From NCBI RefSeq assembly GCF_009914755.1, contig NC_060928.1: a stretch of DNA of 64,000 nucleotides, one strand, 5' to 3'. Shown here one piece after another: positions 55,619-64,000 of this stretch (its first letter is position 1; every line of letters starts with the position of its first letter). The translations under genes were made by a program, and so were the position numbers. This stretch comes from the human T2T-CHM13v2.0 reference genome, Homo sapiens. Below the pieces are notes generated by a model. It was not told the DNA's origin and made no database searches. It was given only the letters and a program-made list of their open reading frames with translations.

Positions 55619-56230
55619 TAGTTATCTGTTCTTCTGGGACTCCAGGAATAATGAAAACTAAAATAACATTTTAATGTTATATTTTATTAAGGTTATATTA
55701 AATGTCAAGAAAAAGAGTAAACAAAAGATAGAAATTTTCCTCTGATTTCATTAAAGTGATGCTAATAAATGTCACACAGCTCATATCACTCAGTTGACCA
55801 AACGAATTACACAAAATAACATGGCCAAATAACTATTCTTTCACACTTATACTTTTTGTAGTATTCTTTAGAGTTAGAACAAAGTAAATATCTCGCCCTG
55901 AAAGTCATACTTGCCATCAACTTTTCTCTCTTTAATGTTAATTCAATTGGTTACCAACAAGGCCAGCTATAATATAATTCATAATCAATAAAATAAATAC
56001 TTGTCATGTGTCTGGTATTGCAAGTAAATCTTCTATCCCCCCTCCTGGTGTTTTCTTCCAAAGACAAGGAGCTCAATAAGCATAACGCTCCTGAGTTTTC
56101 TTTCCCTCTTTGTTTGTTGTACTCTGAGTGCTGAAGCACATTAGTGGTATACCTGTATCAAAGTTGGCAAGAATTTCAAGTACATGGTTTTTAAGACTAA
56201 TGACCCAGTGTTGTGTGTATATGAAATATG

Positions 56231-56520
56231 AAAGAATGAAAGAAATGTATCAAATAGAGATCAAAACCAAGTAGAAAAGCAAAGAGAAGTAAATAGGTAC
56301 TAGCTCAGCAGTAATATGATGCCCTGGCAAATATCAATTCACACCCTAGAATTATCATGAATGTCTCCAGTGATGCCACATGTGCTCCTGACATGAAGCA
56401 AGAAGTTTCTCTGCCTGGGCCAGGTGACAGAAAAGATCACAGACCACTGTGGCAAGTTCAGCTACATCTTTTGAAATCCTAATGTGTGTTCCGCATTATG
56501 CTGTTGATAAGGACACAAAG
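56231..56520 (-). repeat. Right arm of the 290-bp inverted repeat
   Basis: As for the left arm; the ORF track shows the same peptide (SSATSFEIL) on opposite strands. Confidence 0.97.
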
Positions 56521-57453
56521 AAGATTGTGCATTCATGTTTTTCAATACTACTGAGAAGAAAAAAAAAGGTTGAAACCTTTTTCTTTTTTTTAATTTTTCA
56601 CCTCCTTTTTTATGTAGGATATTGTAAATAGTATAACATAATCGCGTCTACACATCTAAAGCAAAAAAGATGGTTAGCATAGCGCTGACTGTGGCAAAGA
56701 GTAGAGAGGGAAAAATGTACCTAGCAAGGAGCAATCCCTTGTACCTGTAAATGAAAAAAATATATATTTTGTAAGTTAAGACATATTTCTTCCTAATCAT
56801 TTTCCAATATTTTTACTAGCTTTTCATCACATATTTAAAATATTCATCTTTACTTTCCAATTTAAAATGAACTCTAATCTTTGATTTCCAAGATAATTCA
56901 ACAGAAACAACACATACACTGAAGATAAACTATTTTGTGAGATATACACTTGCGTATTTGTATAAAGAATCCAGGAAATAAAATGACATAAAGATGATAT
57001 ATGAAATAATTTGATGAATATTAAAGGTAATATCGAAAAAGTAAATAGTAAGCAACAATTGTGGTAAGTTGGTCAAGTGGAAGCAAGTGTAAAACTAAAT
57101 AATTACTAAATGTGATTACAGACTACTAGGGAAGAAGTTGAAAAGTGGATTGGCTACAGATAATGGATGCTATGTGACTAACGACAAAGATTTCTGTTTC
57201 TTTAGGCTTCTGAGAACAATGTTGGTCCCATAACCTGGATGGAACTGCGCTTGCATATGGACACTAAGTAATGCCAGCTGTGAGGATTAGAGGGCCATAG
57301 GGACGCAAACCAGGGAAGATATTACAAATTCCTTGAAAATTTTGTTGGCACAGCTTCCTGCAGTCAGATTGCTCATATAGCATAACTGCCTTAAAAATGT
57401 TTAAAGTTCCATCACAAAAGCCAAAACCTTTTGTTGATAAGATGGGTTTAATG

Positions 57454-57620
57454 CAGTGAGTCTCACACTTGGCTAAACATTAGAATCATCTAGGGAGCTT
57501 TAACAAAATACCAAGGTTCAGATCCCAAGAGATTATGATTTCATTGGTCAGGGATGGGGCCCAGGCATTGGTATTTTTAAGCTGCCCTAGAGATCTGAAT
57601 GTACAGCCAAAATTGACAAG
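57454..57620. mobile_element. MER5-family hAT MITE
   Basis: 'cattagaatcatctagggagctt...ggggcccaggcattggtatttttaagct...tgtacagcca'. Confidence 0.75.
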
Positions 57621-58639
57621 TCTTGGATTCCTGGTTAATAGCTCAGAATCTAGAGTCATACTGGTTGGTTTAAATATGTCCCTGCTCAGCCTCTTCCTAG
57701 CTGCGTAACCTTGGAAAAGTGATTTACATAGTATTCCTCTATTTATCTCTTTCTCTCTGCAGTGTGGATAAAACAGCACCTATCTAAGGACTGATCTAAA
57801 TTTTGCAGAGTCAGAATCTATTGCAATTTTGAAAACTCTCTTTGAGAAACAGAATATGTAACATTATTAATGTAAACAGGTACAGAGTAAATTTTTCTTT
57901 AGAATGATAAAATATCTTACTACTAATTACACATTTTTAAAAGCTGACACATTCAGAAAACTAACATCAATTTTTACTTAATTACCTAACAGTGTTTTCT
58001 AATATTTTTTCTAATTTTTTTGCCTGCATACCCTTTACCTCTTCACATGACAATTATTTTTCATTCTTTTTTTGTGAAGAGTATAAAAGAATTCATTTTT
58101 ACAATAGCGCAATTCATCAAAAACTATGTTTAATTACTGATAGTTTAGTAAAGTTTCTTACACCATCACAACTCTTTATTGTCAGTCACAGGTAAATATT
58201 TAGGATTGCTGTCATAATTGGGAATACTTCTTTCAAAGTTCTGTCATATGGGAGGTGTTAAGAGTTGGGAGCATTTCAAGTTTTCAAGTATTGTAACTAA
58301 TCTTTAAAACTCTTTTAATAGATGAGTCTTTTAAACTTGTTTTCAGAGTTTTAGGTTGTCTTTGTTGATATCAGTACTTTTTGGCAAATCTGAAGTGATT
58401 AGCAAAGACCAGTACCAACGTGAGTAGTGAAACCCATTTAAGACTGAGAGAAGAGCACGAGCAAAGATCTTGTCTAGCAAAGGCAGGCAGTCGAATTTAC
58501 AGAGTGTAGTGCACAGCCAGGGCAACAATGAGCAGCAAGCTCAGTAAAGCTCAATAAAGTTTTAGAGCCAGAGATGGAGGTGAAAAGTAGTGTCAAATGC
58601 TGGCACAGGGCTAAGGATAGAATATCTGCCTTTAAAAAA

Positions 58640-58922
58640 ATCAAATGCCTGTGCTATATATAATGCCTATACTATATATAAATGCCTACATATATAAATG
58701 CCTATGCTATATATAAATATATATACATATATGTACATATGTATAAATATATATCTAGCATAGGCATTTGATATAGATATATATGTGTATATATACATAT
58801 ATACATATATAAATAAATATATAAATAAATAAACACATAAATGTATATGTACATATCTACATATCTATATATGTATATATAGCATAGGCATTTGATACAG
58901 ATATATATGTGTATATATATAT
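58640..58922. repeat. Complex AT-rich array with direct and inverted aatgcctatgcta units
   Basis: Four forward aatgcct-containing units (58640-58710) and two reverse-complement copies (58756-58772, 58880-58896) in a (TA)n matrix. Confidence 0.88.
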
Positions 58923-58923
58923 A

Positions 58924-60650
<1,727 letters not shown>

Positions 60651-60709
60651 TTACGTTATGTTATGAACTGTATCTATAGCAGGGATGTAGGATGCTGTAT
60701 CTATATAGT

Positions 60710-61030
60710 AGGAATGGGGAAAGACAGATGTTGATCAAAAGGTACAAAGTTTCAGTAATAGTGGAGGAATAAGTTTTAGTCATCTATTATCATGCATGAT
60801 GACCACAGTTAATAATAATGTATTATGTATTTCAAAATTGCTAAAAGGATACATTTTTAACATTCTCACCACACACACAAAAATGATAAATTGGTAAGGT
60901 GATGGACATGCTAGCTTGATTGAATCTCTACAATGTATACAAAGACCAAAACTTCACATTATATCCCACAAACATAAAATTGCTATTTTTCAATTAAAAA
61001 TAAATAAATGAATAAATAAATAAAAAAAAT
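60710..61030 (+). mobile_element. L1MA-type 3' UTR end with A-rich tail
   Basis: 'gatgttgatcaaaaggtacaaagtttcag...gtatttcaaaattgctaa...ttctcaccaca...tcaattaaaaataaataa'. Confidence 0.85.
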
Positions 61031-63399
61031 TTTCAACCCTGGGGATTGAGCACCAAAGGTATGAAAGGTCGTATAGTATAAGGTTAAGGTTTACATCTTG
61101 AAACACACAGACTTAAATTTTAATTCTACCATTTACTAGCTTGTAATATCTTGACAGAAATAACAACCACACAAAGAGGTAACTGCAAACCACATAAGCC
61201 CATCCAACAGAACCCAAATACGCCAACTCAACTTTTCCTTAGCCAGATCCCAAAAATGTATAATGGAGTGGAAGTTGGGGGAAACAAGCAACTTTAGTAA
61301 ATTAGTGTTATTTCATATTCTATATAATGTGTGGGTCTATCAAATTATCTATCTATGGAGAGAGGTAGTTGAGTAAATTAGTATATAATATTTTTATTAT
61401 ATAAGTATACCCCCAAAAGTTTCTATTTTATTTTAACCATTTTTCACTATTTATTCCCCTAAAGTTTTATTTGCTTAAATTATCAAAGAAATTTTTTAAA
61501 TCTTTTCATTGGAGAAAAGGAATCAACTTCCTTCAGGTAATCATTATATTTGAGTTTATAGAACATATCTATACCCATCACAGGGATTCCACACAGAGAA
61601 CAATCCTGTGATTCTGCAATTTGCACACACGTTTACCATGAGGCTTATACTCTGCAGTATGTGTTATTTGGGCATTCAGTCTATCTATAGACAATTAAAC
61701 AGGACATGATGGAAAACTTCTTACAATTTAAGTAGGAGTAAAGCAGCATGTAGTGGCCGATAAGACTTCTGCCTTCATGACTCAAAGGAGAAAATGCATC
61801 TTCCTCTGCATGCTTTCTAAAATGGAATATTAGCTGAAGAATGCCAGCTCGGTGGATAGATATGAAGCTCAGTGTGAAACCTTTGCTTCGTTCTTCTGCT
61901 TATGTTCCCATTTTATATATCGGCTGTTGTTGAGTCAGTGTTTCTCCACATTTACAAAACAAATGTATAAGATGAGATGTTTCCACTACTTTCCATAGAA
62001 ACACATTGAAAAAAATAAATGTTAAATATTTCCTTTCACAAATTTACACACATATATTAGCATAATATATTCATACTCTTTCAAACTCCCTTGATCCTAG
62101 GGAGAAATTCCTCTTTATTTTTGTAACGTATTCAGTGCCAAGTTTAGCAGCTCATCCAAACTGTAAAACCACACTTGAAGCCAAAAATGTCATAAGCAAT
62201 GGGATCAAATTAAGAACACAATGGGAAGCAGGATTTTTAGATGAAATCAGAAAGGTTAAGAGTCCATTTAATTGTTTAAATTTGAAATATACACTGTCTA
62301 ATTCTCATTTGAGACTTCCTGTATTGGTGATGGGGAGATTATGTTCATTATCACTATGTTTCAAAGATAATTAATATAACTATCTCCTTCTATACATTTT
62401 AAGACAGAAAAATTCTGATTTCGAGTCTTTCTACAAACTTCCAAAGTGCAGAAGTATTATCATTTCACTTGACTAATGAGGAAGCAGGTAGAGAGAAAAG
62501 TAAAGGATTATCAAATTGCAGTTTTTTTTTAAAAAAAAAAGAATGGGGGACTTTCTCATCTATTTTTTTTCCATGTGTGTCCAGATAGCATTCTATGAAC
62601 AAAATTCCCTAAAAAGAGGAAGAACTTTTCATCATAGATTTTAGAGGCAATGTGGAAAGGATCAGAAAAATTGTAAAGGGGCAGCTTTCGATGATGTCAC
62701 TGAAGCTGTTTTATGAATCTTCACGAGACATTCCAAAAATTAAGATACAGCTATATAAATGCACTAAGAACAACACATCATTCTTTAACTTCATTCTCTT
62801 TTTAAGAACTGAGATTGCAAAGACAATTTTATGCATATCATTGTGTCTTTTTTTAACACAATTGTGAACACATTGGATCATACTTTACACAGAAAAAGTA
62901 TTCTTTTCCCCTATCTCTGAGGCTCTTATTGTCTTTTAAAGCATATTAACTTTAAATAAGTTTCTTTCCCCGCACCCCAACTGACATACAGAGCATGTCG
63001 ATGCAAATAGGGATAAGACAGTAGCAATCACATGGGGGTGAAGAAAAAAACCTCAACTTATTCTGTGTTTTCTTCACTATATGCACTTTATTTTTAAATA
63101 AAACTATTTAAAATTTAAAAAGAGAACCCACGAAACAGCATTAGCTTGTGAACTCAGAAATTCCTTTACACTTAGTGAGAACTCCAACCAAGCCGAAAAA
63201 GTAGCTTATACTAGAAAGAATGATTTTGCTGGGGCATAGAGGGAAACAGTATAAATTCCTGCAAATAACCTGTGAGACCATGGTGTGAACATCAATCACA
63301 AAATGATTTAGAACCTAGAGAAAGTGAATAGTACCAAAAGTATGACTGAGGATGCGACCCCTGCTAAAAATGTCTTTGTAAATTATATCGCATTTCCAG

Positions 63400-63780
63400 C
63401 CTATTCTAGATCCAACACTCCCTACAATATGTCACGTCAACCTCCTCTTGCCTTTCCTCCGAGCTTTTCCTCCCAATTCTAACATCCTTTCCACTCCCTT
63501 GCCCCATCAAAATTCTACCAGTCTTTCATAAAGGCTTTTTAAAATGTTCCCATTTGTTTATAATCGTTGTCTCCTTTGAAACCTCATGATATTTTGCCTC
63601 TGCTTACATAGATATAATGCTTGTTGTAGAGCTAATGACTATAGATCTATAGATCTGAGGACTCCTCTACCAGGTAGGGTCCTTGAGGACAAGGTTGAAT
63701 CATCATTATATTTGTGCTGTTAGAACCTTGCCCTGTGTATAGTACATGCTCAGTAAAGGAACATTTAAGTGAATAAACTT
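63400..63780 (+). mobile_element. L2 3' end relic
   Basis: 'ccttgaggacaagg...tagtacatgctcagtaaaggaacatttaagtgaataaa'. Confidence 0.5.
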
Positions 63781-64000
63781 CTTAAAACTACAGTAATTCC
63801 ACAACGCTCATAAGCATCTATCTGTTCTAGCATTCTGTAGAAGAAATAGGTTTCTCAAAATACTGGCTAGTATGAGTCTACTTACAGCTTATAATAAGTC
63901 CAGTTTAAAGAAACAGCTGTGCATAAAAGTAGCAATCAGAAAAGGTAAATAAAGGAAGGAATGAGAGGCAGGGGAATGAAGAAATTGACAAAAGGGAGAG

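Noticed and set aside
57800-58610. Possible old DNA-transposon or LTR relics
   Set aside because: Repeat-like texture, but I could not match a family or define termini

Overview
AT-rich, CpG-depleted primate (human-like) non-coding genomic DNA. I see no CpG island and no supportable protein-coding gene. The long ORFs in the track fall inside recognisable retroelements (Alu, L1, THE1/MaLR); the short ones are of chance length. The window is a mosaic of repeats: seven full Alus plus one monomer, a near full-length old L1 (L1MA1-3 type, 20.07-27.85 kb), two 5'-inverted or composite L1s, a young L1PA 3' end, several THE1/MST/MLT/ERVL LTR elements, hAT MITEs (MER5, MER20, MER53) and L2/MIR relics. 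Five structures go beyond plain repeat annotation. (1) A 290-bp inverted repeat of non-TE-looking sequence (55330-55618 / 56231-56520) whose inner 193 bp are 100% identical while the outer part is diverged. (2) A tailless retrocopy of the 5' half of tRNA-Gly(TCC), with an 18-bp target-site duplication, inside the old L1. (3) A THE1D provirus whose ~460-codon MaLR ORF has only one stop and no frameshift. (4) A ~120-bp locally templated insertion into an L1MB. (5) A fold-back AT-rich array at an L1 junction. I found no evidence for a new multi-gene system. Subfamily names come from remembered consensus sequences and need RepeatMasker/Dfam confirmation.
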